A stretch of 64,000 nucleotides of DNA from the NCBI GenBank assembly GCA_963674735.2, contig CAXXQS010000001.1, positions 1,952,001 through 2,016,000 on the forward strand, written 5' to 3'. This DNA comes from Myxococcota bacterium (GTDB taxonomy: Bacteria; Myxococcota_A; SURF-8). The translations under genes were made by a program, and so were the position numbers. This document shows, in pieces, positions 47,951-58,773 of this stretch; position 1 is the stretch's first letter, and each line of letters begins with the position of its first letter. The notes under the pieces are model-generated. The model had not been told where the DNA came from. It searched no databases and saw nothing but the letters and a program-made list of their open reading frames with translations.

Positions 47951-49274
47951 GTGCGGTCAAAAAACAGGCATTTCCCTGTGAGATATCAAGGTATTAGCGT
48001 CCATTTTAACTCGTTTTCATATCCATGGTCGAAATTTGCGTCCCTCGCCCGCGCCTGTTATCTTCGCCTTTATCGAAAAGATGTTGTTGTTCTGGCTGGT
48101 TGCAACGATGAAGGAGGCGTGAGATGAAACCCGTGGAAGCCTTGGCGATGGTCGAAGGGAGGAACTGTTGGCACGCAACGAATATCTGGCGGCGGAAAAC
48201 GAAATTCTGCGTTCGAAGATTGACGGGAAAATCAAGCTGACCAACAGCGAGCGCATTCGACTGGCAACCATCGGGAACCGGATCGGCAAAAAGGCGCTTT
48301 AAGATGTCGCCCACATCGTCAAACCGGAAACCGTGCTGAAATGGTACCGGGATCTGGTCGCCAGGAAGTTCGATAGCTCGGCCAATCGCAAGAAAGCAGG
48401 AAGACCTCCTACGGACAAAGAAATCGAGGATCTGATTCTTCTCATCGCCGAGGCGAATCCAAGCTGGGGCTACGATCGCATCATGGGTGCTTTGTCCAAC
48501 CTCGGTCTCACCGTCTCGGATCAGACCGTCGGAAACATCTTGAAAAAACATGGCATTCCACCTGCTCCGAAGCGACAGCCGACCATGCCCTGGGCCGACT
48601 TCATCAAGTTCCACGAGGACGTTCTTTCCGCCTGCGATTTCTTTACGGCGGAGGTTTTCACGCCTTTCGGGCTGATTACGTACTACGTGCTGTTCTTCAT
48701 CCAGGTTGGCAGCCGGAAGGTTCATCTTGCAGGCATCACGCCCAACCCGGATGAAGCCTGGATGAAGAGGATGGCCATCAACGCCACGATGGCGGACTTG
48801 GGGCGTCTGGACGACCAACGCTATCTGATCATGGATCGGGATACGAAATTCTGCACATCATTCCGGCGTATTCTCAATGACGCTGGTGTGAAACCGATTC
48901 GCCTCCCGATCAGAAGCCCGAATCTGAATGCCTATTCGGAGCGGCTTGTGCTCTCGGCGAAATCCGAGTGCATCTCGAAGCTCGTCTTATTCGGCGAGCA
49001 GAGCCTGTGGACGGCGATGCGCGAATATCTGGCGCATTACCACGAGGAACGCAATCATCAAGGCCAGGACAACCTGCTGCTTTTCCCGGCATCCGATCAC
49101 GATCCGACCCGAACGGAGGGCGACATTCACTGCCGGGAACGCCTCGGCGGATTGTTGAAATACTACTACCGGAAAGCCGCGTGATGGGCGCGGACGTGAA
49201 AACGGGCTGAAATCGAGGTTAACATTATGATATCTCGACGAAAAGTACCTATTATTGTTATTTGACCAGACGGG
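47948..49274 (+). mobile_element. IS with integrase-core (rve) transposase, degenerate
   Basis: IRs CCCGTGCGGTCAAAAA and TATTTGACCAGACGGG; exact ends uncertain. Confidence 0.7.
48124..49184 (+). pseudogene. Integrase-core transposase pseudogene
   Basis: In-frame TAA at 48300 within RNEYLAAENEILR...KKAL*DVAHIVKPETVLKW; ATG 48124 is out of frame; ACDFFT, IMDRDTKF, PNLNAYSER, YHEERNHQG. Confidence 0.82.
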
Positions 49275-49293
49275 TGCAGGTGCTGAATACTTT

Positions 49294-49312
49294 GGGACAC
49301 TATAGGGACACT
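49294..49312. repeat. GGGACACT x2 (11-bp period), integrase arm-site-like, downstream of the tRNA 3' end
   Basis: GGGACACTATAGGGACACT plus IHF-like GAAGTGATTGATA at ~49331. Confidence 0.55.
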
Positions 49313-49356
49313 TTGGGTGGTCCCAAACTCGAAGTGATTGATAATACAGGGTAATA

Positions 49357-49445
<89 letters not shown>

Positions 49446-49505
49446 GTAAGAGTCGTTAGTCCGCGAAACTACAATACTTTCCCTTTCCAGTCAAGAACAT
49501 TTAAT

Positions 49506-50964
49506 ATGGAGTTCCCCCATTTTTCATGAGTCGAAAAGGGGTAGTTGTGGATCGGGTGGGCGTTTGTCGGCTCTGCTGTGCAGAGTTCCCTTTCCGGCTT
49601 TGTGCAGAATGTCCCTCATACCGTCGGCTAAAGCGTAATATCGAAAGTCGGGGATGCCGAATAATCGCTTGGCTGCGTCCAATGCGTGCAAGGCCAGGAT
49701 CTTCAGTCGGGCCTCCAGCCCCACCTTCACCGCCGTGAAATGCATCAGAGCCAGCAATAACGTCACCAGATTCTTCAAGCGCCGATAGGTCAAGACCCGC
49801 ACGTTCTCCAGGCCATAGCTCTGCTTGACGAAACGGATCGTGTCTTCCACCCGCCAGCGCGTCAGATACGATTGAACCGCCCACCACAAGACCTTGCGGC
49901 TTCTCCGCATCGGCTCGGTGGTCAACAGCAGCATGGGACGCTTGCCCAAGCCTCTGACGACCACCAGCCACAACGGTCGCTCGGGGCATTCCGGCAGGCG
50001 CACCGGCAGATAACCGAAATGGATGAAGTACGCCTTCTCCTTGCCGTCTTTTTCCTTCACCACCGTTTCGGCATACGGCGTTTTACAGGTTTCAGCCAAC
50101 TCCATTTCGTTCTTCGCCTTGCCTTTGTACAGCAGATGGCGGTCGCCGCGCTGGCGCACCAGATAGCGCACCTGCTCGTCCTTCGTCCAGGGCGCGAGCA
50201 TCTCCCGCCGGTCGCCGCCGCGATCGTAGACCAGAATGCCCCGGTGCTCCGTGGCGGCCAGCACGCGATCCACCAGCGTGAGAATCTCGTGGTTCTCGCT
50301 CACGAAATCGGGCGACGCCTGCGACCACAAAATCTGCGCCAGGGGCGTGATGTCGTGCTCGCCCGTCTCGCAGCCGACCACCTCGCACATCCAGTAACCG
50401 TCGCCGATTATCTTCTCGCTGGCGTCGCGCACCTCGGCCAGATACTGCATCTTCTTCGCATACTTCTTGGTGATGTCCGACGGATCGACGATCAAAAGCG
50501 TGTCGTCCCGGATGCGCTTCGCGCCCTGGATCAGCACCGATTCGGAAATCGTCTCCTCCAATTTCTCGTCGTCGAGGTTGGCCGACAGGCGTTTGTGCGT
50601 GGCGTGCAGAGCGATGGGCTCCTCCAAGCGGCGCGCCACCTCGGTCAGCAGCACCGAGCCCGAGGCGCACATGCCGTAAATCATCTCTTCCACGAAACGG
50701 GTGGACACCTTGCCCAGCTTTGTCGAAAGTTCCCCCGAAAAATGATGGATTTGCGCTCGCAATTTGTGCCCGAGTTGATGTAGCATGGCGATGGACCTCT
50801 TGGATTTTGTTAAGCAAATAGCGGCTTCGACACCCGTTGCTTAACACCTTGAGGTCCGTCTTGTCTCGTATGAAAATCCCCCATTTTTCACTTGCGGACA
50901 AACCTATCCAGATAGAATCAGAACGGTTTTAGGAGCGGAACGCCCAGAAATGGGGGAACTTCAT
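49506..50964 (-). mobile_element. IS4-superfamily insertion sequence with 17-bp IRs and 8-bp target duplication
   Basis: ATGGAGTTCCCCCATTT / AAATGGGGGAACTTCAT; CATTTAAT at 49498-49505 and 50965-50972. Confidence 0.92.
49524..50786 (-). CDS. DDE transposase (IS4-like)
   Basis: LIVDPSD, VYDRGGD, YLTRWRVEDTIRFVKQ (YREK signature). Confidence 0.9.
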   Translation of the reverse strand: MLHQLGHKLRAQIHHFSGELSTKLGKVSTRFVEEMIYGMCASGSVLLTEVARRLEEPIALHATHKRLSANLDDEKLEETISESVLIQGAKRIRDDTLLIVDPSDITKKYAKKMQYLAEVRDASEKIIGDGYWMCEVVGCETGEHDITPLAQILWSQASPDFVSENHEILTLVDRVLAATEHRGILVYDRGGDRREMLAPWTKDEQVRYLVRQRGDRHLLYKGKAKNEMELAETCKTPYAETVVKEKDGKEKAYFIHFGYLPVRLPECPERPLWLVVVRGLGKRPMLLLTTEPMRRSRKVLWWAVQSYLTRWRVEDTIRFVKQSYGLENVRVLTYRRLKNLVTLLLALMHFTAVKVGLEARLKILALHALDAAKRLFGIPDFRYYALADGMRDILHKAGKGTLHSRADKRPPDPQLPLFDS

Positions 50965-50992
50965 CATTTAATGCCTCCTTTCTTCCGTTTTG

Positions 50993-51220
50993 TCACCATT
51001 TTGCCACCATAACCCGATTCCTGGTCGGCCACTCGCTGACGAATATTTCATCCATTACCTTGAGCGTCTTGCGTCTCCGACTGTTGTCCAGATGAGCATA
51101 GCGCTTGGTCATATTCTGGGTCCGGTGACCCAACGCATCCTGGATTACATCGAGACTGTTTCCACCATTAATCATCTGCGAAGCGAAGGTACGTCACAAG
51201 TCGTGAAACCTAAGATCTTT
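50993..51220 (-). pseudogene. Tyrosine integrase C-terminal remnant
   Basis: KDLRFHDL*RTFASQMINGGNSLDVIQDALGHRTQNMTKRYAH with a stop at the HxxR Arg; TGTCACCAT/TGCCACCAT 11-bp-period repeats at ~50991-51010. Confidence 0.85.
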
Positions 51221-51450
51221 CATATCAGGCCCGAGAGATTGCTGGTCGGATCCGTAGTCAGGTTTTCGCTGGTGAGGATCCCAAGCAAACTCCTCAAGAG
51301 TCGGTTCTTTTCAAAAATCTTGCAACCAAATTCATAGAGGACTACGCCAAAGAGCATAAATAGTTGGTGTTTCCCTAATCGCATGTTGTTTCTTGTCTCA
51401 GATGAATCTCTATATTATGGATCGTAAAGGATATTTCCCGATTATCAAGC

Positions 51451-52443
51451 ATGGAAAGATGTCTGATGAAGCGCAAGCCCGTTAACGACCGCTGCTGTAT
51501 GAACCCGGATTGTTCTCTTCATGGGCAGTTTGGCAAGGACAATATCATCCGGCACTCGTTCTACAAAACGCGCCAGGGCCGACGTCGTCGCTATCTCTGC
51601 AAAGCCTGCAAGAAGACCTTCGGTTCCACGGCGGGAACGCCTTATTATCGCCTGCAAAAGTCGCGCGCCACCTTCGACGAAGTGGCTACGATGGCCGTGG
51701 AGGGCGTTGGCATCTCGGCAACGGCACGAATCAAAAATCTGGCCCCGGACACGGTGGCGAACTGGAGAGAGAAAGCCGCCGGGCATGCCGACCGGTTCAA
51801 TGACAAGATGCTCAAGGGTTTCGATCTGATTGAGCTTCAGGCCGACGAGATGCGGACCTTTGTGGACACGAAACTGAAGCCGATCTGGGTTCTGACGCTG
51901 CTGGAAGTCTGGTCGCGGCTGTGGGTGTCCTGCGTGGTGGGTCGGCGGAGCTATCGGAATGTCAAGACCGTCTTCGGCGCGGCGATTGAGCGTGGCGAAT
52001 TCAAGGAGCGCTTCCTGATGACGAGCGACGGGTTCGAGCCATATGCCTGGGCTGTAGCGTCCATGTTTTCTCTGGTTTGCATGTACGCGCAGGTGATCAA
52101 GACGCGGCGTAAGGATCGGGTAATCAAGGTGGAACAAAGGCTGATCTCCTGAACAAAGGAACAGCTTGAAGAGGCTTTGCTCAATTCCGAGGACTCCTGG
52201 ACGATCAACATGCCTTTCATCGAGCGGCAGAATATGACGATCCGTCGGGGCAACTTCTATCTGCAGCACAAGACGGCCTCGCACGCCCGGGAGTCGGGTC
52301 ATCTGGACGGCAGCCTGGCCTTGAAGTTTGGGAAAGAAGTTCGGACTCCTGCCATGCAGGCCGAAATCGTGTCACAGAAGCTGAGCTTCCGGGATGTCTT
52401 CACCTGTCGGGCGCTTCTCTTTTTATGCCTGCTCATCTGGTAG
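51451..52443 (+). pseudogene. IS1-family transposase, frameshifted
   Basis: Zn ribbon CMNPDC...YLCKACKKTF, HTH, ELQADEMRTFV, TSDGF; frame break near 52150 then INMPFIERQNMTIRR. Confidence 0.8.
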
Positions 52444-52516
52444 CTGATTCAGTGCGAAAAATTGACCCGCAGGGCAGGTTGGGTAACGCTGACAACACTT
52501 GAATAGAGATGCACCC

Positions 52517-52639
52517 GACATTCGCACGACAAAGCGCTACATGCATCTCAGTCCGAATGTGAAACGAGAGGCGGTGCAACTGCTGAATCGCAATCGCACA
52601 ATAGCCGCACAAAACGGCTGGAATATTATAACTGCCTGA
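52517..52639 (+). pseudogene. Second tyrosine integrase C-terminal remnant with att-like tail
   Basis: DIRTTKRYMHLSPNVKREAVQLL; CGCACAA x2 at 11-bp period; TGGTGGAGC at 52656-52664 (reverse complement GCTCCACCA, like a tRNA-Ala/tmRNA 3' end). Confidence 0.6.
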
Positions 52640-53079
52640 TAATACAAGAATAAAATGGTGGAGCAATGCAGTCGTAGCGTCGAAAATTCTCTGAATTTTG
52701 GCGGTTTGCAACATGTTGGGATTACTCATCTTTTTGATAGGCAACAGAGAGGTTTTTTTCGTAGCTTGCGATGACCGCAAGGAGCTAAAAAATTTTCTCT
52801 TGGAATCATTACGTTTTTTCGGCTCACGCGTCGATTTCCTCCAGTCCGAAATTTGGGAAACAGCTTTGAGTTAACATCCTATGTGCATGCAATCCACCGG
52901 ATTTCATCTTCCATAAAACCGTCGAAATCGCCCGGATGGAGTTTTCGGGTAGCACAACGCACAACGACCATACACTGCGAATATTTCGCAGTATCACGCT
53001 TAAACTTCCTAATAGACGATATATCGGCTCGAAGAATACAATAAAAACGTAGACTGGATTGAACGAGAGGAAAGACAAA

Positions 53080-53844
53080 ATGGGATCGTTAATAATGACT
53101 GGATCGGTAATCGTATTCGGAATTCTGGCCCTGCTGACGTTTTCCGGTATTCGCATCTTGAATCAATACGAGCGCGGTGTGGTTTTCCGCTTCGGGCGCA
53201 TCACGAAGACTCTGGAGCCGGGCTTCCGCTGGATCATTCCGGTCGTCGATCGGATGGTGCGAATCAGCACGCGCGTCATCGCCACCGATGTTCCAGAGCA
53301 GGATGTCATTACGCTTGACAACGTATCGATCAAAGTGAATGCCGTTGTGTACTTCAAGGTACTCGATCCCATCAAAGCGGTGATCGAGGTGGAGAATTAC
53401 CTGTACGCAACCAGCCAGATCAGTCAGACCACGTTACGTTCCGTGCTTGGCCAGAGCCAGTTGGATGAACTTCTGTCCGAGCGGGAAAAGATCAACCAGA
53501 CGCTTCAGGAGATCATCGACAAGCATACCGATCCATGGGGTGTACGCGTAACGCTGGTGGAGGTCAAGCAGTTAGATCTACCGCAAACGATGCAACGGGC
53601 CATGGCCGGCCAGGCGGAAGCCGAGCGCGAGCGACGCGCCAAAATCATCGCCGCCGAAGGAGAGTTTCAGGCATCCACCCGTTTGCGTGAGGCGGCGGAT
53701 ATCATGTCGGAAAATCCGACAGCGCTTCAACTGCGCTACTTGCAGACCCTCAATCAGATCGCTACCGAAAAGAATTCGACGATCATTTTCCCGCTTCCTA
53801 TCGATTTGTTGTCCGCGATGTCGTCGAAAAAGAATGATAGCTGA
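53080..53844 (+). CDS. SPFH/stomatin (slipin) family protein
   Basis: [68 protein letters not shown]. Confidence 0.95.
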   Translation: MGSLIMTGSVIVFGILALLTFSGIRILNQYERGVVFRFGRITKTLEPGFRWIIPVVDRMVRISTRVIATDVPEQDVITLDNVSIKVNAVVYFKVLDPIKAVIEVENYLYATSQISQTTLRSVLGQSQLDELLSEREKINQTLQEIIDKHTDPWGVRVTLVEVKQLDLPQTMQRAMAGQAEAERERRAKIIAAEGEFQASTRLREAADIMSENPTALQLRYLQTLNQIATEKNSTIIFPLPIDLLSAMSSKKNDS

Positions 53845-53860
53845 TCTCAGGAGAAACCCA

Positions 53861-55543
53861 ATGAGCATACATGAGGCAACATCCTCCCTGCGGACAGAAA
53901 ATGAAAAGATAGCGCGAAAAAAAAGACACCGGCGTTTGTTTCGCCTGATCCTGCCCGCGTTTCCGCCGTTCAACATTTATAGCCGGATAGCGAAGACAAC
54001 GACGGCCCTGGGGCCGGTGTGCGTCGGAACAGCCGCTTCGAAATTGGGGAACTGGGATGTTGAGATCATCGACGAGAATAATTGTCCCAGCAAGTTCTGC
54101 CCGAAGGACGCCGCCGGATTACCCGACCACGACGTTCTCCAGAGTCTCCGCCCGGCCGATGTGGTCGGCTTCTACGGTTCGATGACGTCGGCGATCCCAA
54201 GACTCTATCATTTGGCCGAGCGATACCATGAACTCGGCGCGAAAACGATCGCGGGCGGGTACCACGTCAGAAGTCTTCCGGATGAAGCTCTGGACAATTT
54301 CATTGATGTTGTGGCTCTGGGAGAAAGCGAAACGATCATACGGGACGTGCTGTCGGCATTCGAACTCAATGAAGACCCTTTGCACGTGCCCGGTATCTGT
54401 TTTAACCGGAATGGCTCTCATGTCTTCACTGACGATATGGCGCCGATTGAAGACCTGGACGGATTGCCCTTTCCCGATTTCAGCCTCGTCCGCTACGCGC
54501 GGTTGGATATTTACCCTATCGGGCGAACCCGCGGCTGCAACATGAATTGCGAATTCTGCGCCGTGAAAGACAAATCGCGATGCGCCTCGCCAGAATGGAT
54601 GGTTGCGCAGATCGCCCATTTGATCGAAACGAGAAAGTCGCGGGAGTTTTTCGATGTCAGCGATCACTTTTGCGCGTCGGGCGTGGATGAATCCATCCGC
54701 TTCTGTAACCTCCTGGCTGATTATCTTGACACAACAGGGGGGCGCATTGAAATGACGGTGCAGATTCGGCTTACCGACGCCCATCACGGGGAGTTGCTCA
54801 AAGCAATGCGGAAAGCCGGGATCTACAATCTGGCGATCGGCATCGAATCCTGCATCGACGAAGAATTGACGGTGATGCGCAAGGGCTACCATGAAAAGGA
54901 TATTCTCGATTTACTCGATGTGTATCATCAATATGGCTTCTTCGTTCACGGTATGATGATTTTCGGTTACCCATCCAAACCGAAACACCGGATCGAAATC
55001 TCTCTGCAGCGGCGTATGAAGAGTTTCCGTAGTTTTATCAAGCACCTGGACACGGCCCAAATTCTTCTCCCAGTTCCGCTGCCTGGAACGGAGTTGACCA
55101 GACGGCTTGACAGCGAAGGCCGACTTTACCACCTGGACTACCAATACTACGATGGCCAGTTCCTTCTCTTTGAACCGGATGAGGGAATCGATGCCAAGGA
55201 GTTGCAGCATTCGGTCATAACGCTGATGAGCGGATTCTACAGACCGAGATACATTCTAAGCCTGATAACCGCCATTATGATCTATTTTCCCACAATCGTT
55301 TTTCCTCGCGTCGCGACGCTTCTTACGTTTCGTGTCCGATACATCGTTCGAAGTTTCCGATCCTGGTATCACAATCACTTTCGCAATAATGCCATCCGAT
55401 TCGCGGGCAGTTTCATCGTCATAAAGTGGAAGTCGTACTTCAGACAAAGCGATTTCATGGATCAACTGGATCGGATGCGGATTGCCTTTTCCGATCAACC
55501 GGCAAACCAGGAGACTTGTATTAAACAGGAGGAAAACAAATGA
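53861..55543 (+). CDS. B12-binding-domain radical SAM protein
   Basis: TRGCNMNCEFC, IAGGYH, GESE, IGIES, HGMMIFG, PLPGT. Confidence 0.9.
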   Translation: MSIHEATSSLRTENEKIARKKRHRRLFRLILPAFPPFNIYSRIAKTTTALGPVCVGTAASKLGNWDVEIIDENNCPSKFCPKDAAGLPDHDVLQSLRPADVVGFYGSMTSAIPRLYHLAERYHELGAKTIAGGYHVRSLPDEALDNFIDVVALGESETIIRDVLSAFELNEDPLHVPGICFNRNGSHVFTDDMAPIEDLDGLPFPDFSLVRYARLDIYPIGRTRGCNMNCEFCAVKDKSRCASPEWMVAQIAHLIETRKSREFFDVSDHFCASGVDESIRFCNLLADYLDTTGGRIEMTVQIRLTDAHHGELLKAMRKAGIYNLAIGIESCIDEELTVMRKGYHEKDILDLLDVYHQYGFFVHGMMIFGYPSKPKHRIEISLQRRMKSFRSFIKHLDTAQILLPVPLPGTELTRRLDSEGRLYHLDYQYYDGQFLLFEPDEGIDAKELQHSVITLMSGFYRPRYILSLITAIMIYFPTIVFPRVATLLTFRVRYIVRSFRSWYHNHFRNNAIRFAGSFIVIKWKSYFRQSDFMDQLDRMRIAFSDQPANQETCIKQEENK

Positions 55544-55722
55544 CTTACAAAAAATAGTTGGTTTTGGTGATGTTCGCTTTGTTGTGGCTGCCGGTCACAA
55601 CTACACACACCATGTTCAGCGGCTGGGTTCATGTGCTCCTTATTGCAGGAGTCATAACCGGTCTGGTGTTCATTTTTCAGGGTCGGACGCCAATAGGGGA
55701 CATACGAAAGAACGAACTTTGA
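55540..55722 (+). pseudogene. Degenerate lmo0937-family small membrane protein
   Basis: AGGAGG RBS, early TAG, then TMFSGWVHVLLIAGVITGLVFIFQGR in another frame. Confidence 0.5.
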
Positions 55723-55795
55723 GAAACGAAGGAGCGGCATCTCAACCGAATGTTTTGGTTGGGAATCGCAAAACAACTCACAAAAGGAGAATCTC

Positions 55796-56155
55796 ATGAA
55801 TAATAGCATCGTAATTTTATTGTTTACCATGGCCATTCTGGCCACAGCATTCGCTGCGGGATGTGCCAGCGTACCCCTGCGATCGGAGGCATCGACATCG
55901 GGGATCCGCGCTGCTGAGGAAGTGGGAGCCTCGGATGTACCCCAGGCGTCGCTGCATTTACAGCTTGCCAAGGAGGAGCTGGCGCGTGCTCAGAAACTGA
56001 ACGAGGACGGAGAAGAGGAGCAGGCCACGTCGATGCTGATGCGTGCCGAAGCCGACGCTGAACTGGCCGTGGCGCTATCCCGTGGTGACGCCGAAAGAGT
56101 GGAAGCCCAAAAAGCGATGGAACGGGTTAAGCAACTTCGGCAAGACAACAAATAA
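55796..56155 (+). CDS. DUF4398-family lipoprotein
   Basis: AAGC lipobox; IRAAEEVGA..PQASLHLQLAKEEL...RAEADAELAVAL. Confidence 0.85.
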   Translation: MNNSIVILLFTMAILATAFAAGCASVPLRSEASTSGIRAAEEVGASDVPQASLHLQLAKEELARAQKLNEDGEEEQATSMLMRAEADAELAVALSRGDAERVEAQKAMERVKQLRQDNK

Positions 56156-56175
56156 CTCAAAGAAAGGAACGTAAA

Positions 56176-57021
56176 ATGAAAGCTATACTACTCGTGATTC
56201 TTGTCGTGTTCTTCGTCGGTTGCGCAACGGCAACGCCGAAAGAACTTATCAGCGCTAGAGCGGCTTATCAACAGGCAAGCGAGGGTCCGGCAGCTAAACT
56301 GGCACCGGCGGAATTGCACAAGGCACATGTGGCGCTCGCCAAGGCCGAGCAGTCGTTCGACAAAAACTCCGACTCATTCAGAACGCTGGATCTCTCCTAC
56401 GTCGCCCAGCGCAAATCCGAGCTGGCGGGAGCGCTTGGCACCATGGCGGCGGACAAGGCCAGCAAAATCAATTCGGATTCCGCCTATGATTCGGAACAGG
56501 CCGATATCGCAAAACAGGCGAAACAGGATCTAATCGATTCTCAAAAGCGTGCGGCAGACGCCAAAGTGAAACGGGATCTGAGTAATTCCGAAGCGCGAAC
56601 GGCCGCCGCTCTGGCGGAACTCGCGAAACTAGCCGCTGTGAAGGAAGACGAACGGGGACTGGTTGTAACCTTATCCGGAAGCGTTCTATTCCGATCCAAC
56701 CAATCCTCGCTTCTCCCCGTTGCAAAGTCAAAACTGGATGAAGTGGGAAAAGCCCTGAGAACGGTAAGCGAGCGCAATCTAATCATCGAAGGCCATACCG
56801 ATTCGATGGGCAAAGCGTCCTATAACCAGAAACTCTCCCAACAGCGAGCCGACACCGTGCGCAATTACCTTATACGTGATGGCTACCCGGCTGACCGCAT
56901 TCGGGCCAGAGGCATGGGACAGGGAAGCCCGGTAGGGGACAATTCATCGGCCGAGGGTCGAGCCAACAATCGCCGCGTCGAGATCATCATCGAGCGTGAA
57001 TCGCACGCATCCAGCAAATAG
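56176..57021 (+). CDS. DUF4398 + OmpA-family peptidoglycan-binding lipoprotein
   Basis: FVGC; IEGHTDSMG..YNQKLSQQRA; GRANNRRVEI. Confidence 0.93.
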   Translation: MKAILLVILVVFFVGCATATPKELISARAAYQQASEGPAAKLAPAELHKAHVALAKAEQSFDKNSDSFRTLDLSYVAQRKSELAGALGTMAADKASKINSDSAYDSEQADIAKQAKQDLIDSQKRAADAKVKRDLSNSEARTAAALAELAKLAAVKEDERGLVVTLSGSVLFRSNQSSLLPVAKSKLDEVGKALRTVSERNLIIEGHTDSMGKASYNQKLSQQRADTVRNYLIRDGYPADRIRARGMGQGSPVGDNSSAEGRANNRRVEIIIERESHASSK

Positions 57022-57039
57022 GCCGAGAAGGAGTATCAT

Positions 57040-57235
57040 ATGAATCAGGATCAAGTGAAAGGCAAGTGGGATCAGTTCAAGGGAAGAGCCGAAGAAAGCC
57101 TGGGGCGAGCTCACGGAGGACGACTTCAAGAAGGCGGAAGGCTCCACGGACAAGCTCTACGGCATTATCCAGGAGCGGTTCGGCGACACCAAGGAAGCGA
57201 TCATCAAGAAACTCGAAGCGCTTCACCTGAAATGA
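57040..57235 (+). pseudogene. csbD: CsbD-family stress protein with a 1-nt frameshift
   Basis: MNQDQVKGKWDQFKG then +1 frame KKAWGELTEDDFKKAEGSTDKLYGIIQERFGDTKE...*; shift near 57080-57091. Confidence 0.82.
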
Positions 57236-57260
57236 TCCAGAGCGGACTAAACGGTCTGAT

Positions 57261-57297
57261 CTTCCCAGGGAAGAATAGACAACTTTCCCTGGGAAGA
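57261..57297 (+). terminator. 12-bp inverted repeat after csbD
   Basis: CTTCCCAGGGAA ... TTCCCTGGGAAG; no U-tract, so it may be a stabilising or processing hairpin. Confidence 0.4.
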
Positions 57298-57398
57298 CCG
57301 AAAGGCGAAAGAACGGATCGTAAGGATAGAATAAATAGTATTCCAGTCAATTGGTATTGACTGTGTAATTCGAGATAAATCAACGGAATGAGGTTTCA

Positions 57399-58676
57399 AT
57401 GGGAAACGTATTCAAGAGCGGAATTTATTTGCTCGCCGCGACCGTCATGGCCACCATATTGGTCATCGCCTGTGGAGATTCCAAAGACGGGGACTCGGCG
57501 ACCGATGGCGACTCGACGACCGATGGGGACATGACGACCGATGGCGACTCGACGACCGATGGCGACTCGGCGACCGATGGCGACTCGGCGACCGATGGGG
57601 ACTCGACAACCGATGGGGACTCGACGTCAGATGGGGACTCCACGACCGATAAGGACTCGACAGAAGTTGAGGACACAACGGACCCCACTGTTCTGTCCAC
57701 CAATCCTGCCGACGGCGCTCTGAGCGTGCCCATAAACCGAAGCATTACCGTAATTTTCTCCGAGGCGATGCGCTCAACCTCGCTGACTGCGGCCACCTTT
57801 ACGATTGTGGGACCTGACGAGGTTTCCGTATCCGGAGAAATCTCCTGCTTAGACAAGCGCGCGACTTTTAATCCACTCGTGAATTTAGAATTCGAAACCC
57901 TTTATCAGGCGAGAATTACCGCGGATGTGAAGGACATGGCTGGCAACGAGCTGTCCAGCGACCATGTGTGGAGTTTCACGACTGGAGTTAATATGTTCGC
58001 TGGACCAGCCCCCGTACTTCTCGGCCTGGCCGGGGATTTCGTGATCCTGGCGAAGTCAGGAATCGATACAATTCCAATCTCTGCCGTTACTGGAAACATC
58101 GGTGTAAGTCCAATCGATTCGACTGCCATCACGGGGTTCTCGCTCATGATGGACGCGAGTAATGAATACGCGACATCCGGTCAGGTCACCGGAATGGTAT
58201 TTGCAGCCGACTATACATCTCCAACTCCTTCATATCTGACGACTGCGGTGAGCGACATGGAAACCGCGTATGTCGATGCGGCCGGACGCTTAATACCTGA
58301 CGACACCGAACTTGGTAGCGGAGAAATCGGCGGCTTGACACTGACACCCGGACTCTATAAGTGGGGTACGAATGTGTTGATATCAACGGATGTAACTCTT
58401 GATGGTGGACCGAATGATGTCTGGATCTTCCAGATTGCAGGAGATGTCGCCCAGGCTTCCGGAACCCACGTCATCCTGAGCGGCGGTGCCGTACCTGAAA
58501 ACATCTTTTGGCAAACCTTCGGTCAACTCAAGATCGGAACGACTGCACATTTCGAAGGGATAGTCTTATGTGAAACGGCGATCATTCTGGGAACCGGTTC
58601 TTCAATGAATGGAAGGCTGCTATCGCAGACGGCGGTCAACATCAATGGCAGCATCATCGTCGAACCCGTCCGGTAA
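57399..58676 (+). CDS. Ice-binding-family (DUF3494) lipoprotein with Big_5 Ig-like domain
   Basis: VIAC; PTVLSTNPADGA...FSEAM...WSFTT; FVILAKSGI, GNIGVSP, AVSDMETAY.DAAGR, LTPGLYKW, VWIFQI, NIFWQ, GRLLSQTAV. Confidence 0.92.
   Translation: MGNVFKSGIYLLAATVMATILVIACGDSKDGDSATDGDSTTDGDMTTDGDSTTDGDSATDGDSATDGDSTTDGDSTSDGDSTTDKDSTEVEDTTDPTVLSTNPADGALSVPINRSITVIFSEAMRSTSLTAATFTIVGPDEVSVSGEISCLDKRATFNPLVNLEFETLYQARITADVKDMAGNELSSDHVWSFTTGVNMFAGPAPVLLGLAGDFVILAKSGIDTIPISAVTGNIGVSPIDSTAITGFSLMMDASNEYATSGQVTGMVFAADYTSPTPSYLTTAVSDMETAYVDAAGRLIPDDTELGSGEIGGLTLTPGLYKWGTNVLISTDVTLDGGPNDVWIFQIAGDVAQASGTHVILSGGAVPENIFWQTFGQLKIGTTAHFEGIVLCETAIILGTGSSMNGRLLSQTAVNINGSIIVEPVR
57486..57665 (+). repeat. 18-bp coding tandem repeat x10 (DGDS[AT]T)
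   Basis: GATGGCGACTCGACGACC-type units directly visible. Confidence 0.92.
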
Positions 58677-58773
58677 CCCCGAGAACGCGACATCTACACG
58701 AAAATGGAGTCCAGATGAGTCGTTCAGGATTGAAACAGAGAAATTATGACTACATTGGAGAAGTGAGGAAAAC

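Noticed and set aside
48006-48818. 270-aa minus-strand ORF
   Set aside because: Antisense shadow of the transposase pseudogene.
49872-50901. 303-aa and 269-aa ORFs
   Set aside because: Alternative frames of the GC-rich IS4-like transposase.
51445-52302. 285-aa minus-strand ORF
   Set aside because: Antisense to the IS1-family transposase; no motifs.
54119-54892. 257-aa minus-strand ORF
   Set aside because: Antisense shadow of the radical SAM gene.
57040-57360. 106-aa ORF as a real protein
   Set aside because: It is CsbD read out of frame after ~16 codons.
57486-57665. CRISPR array
   Set aside because: Contiguous in-frame 18-bp units without spacers; no cas genes.
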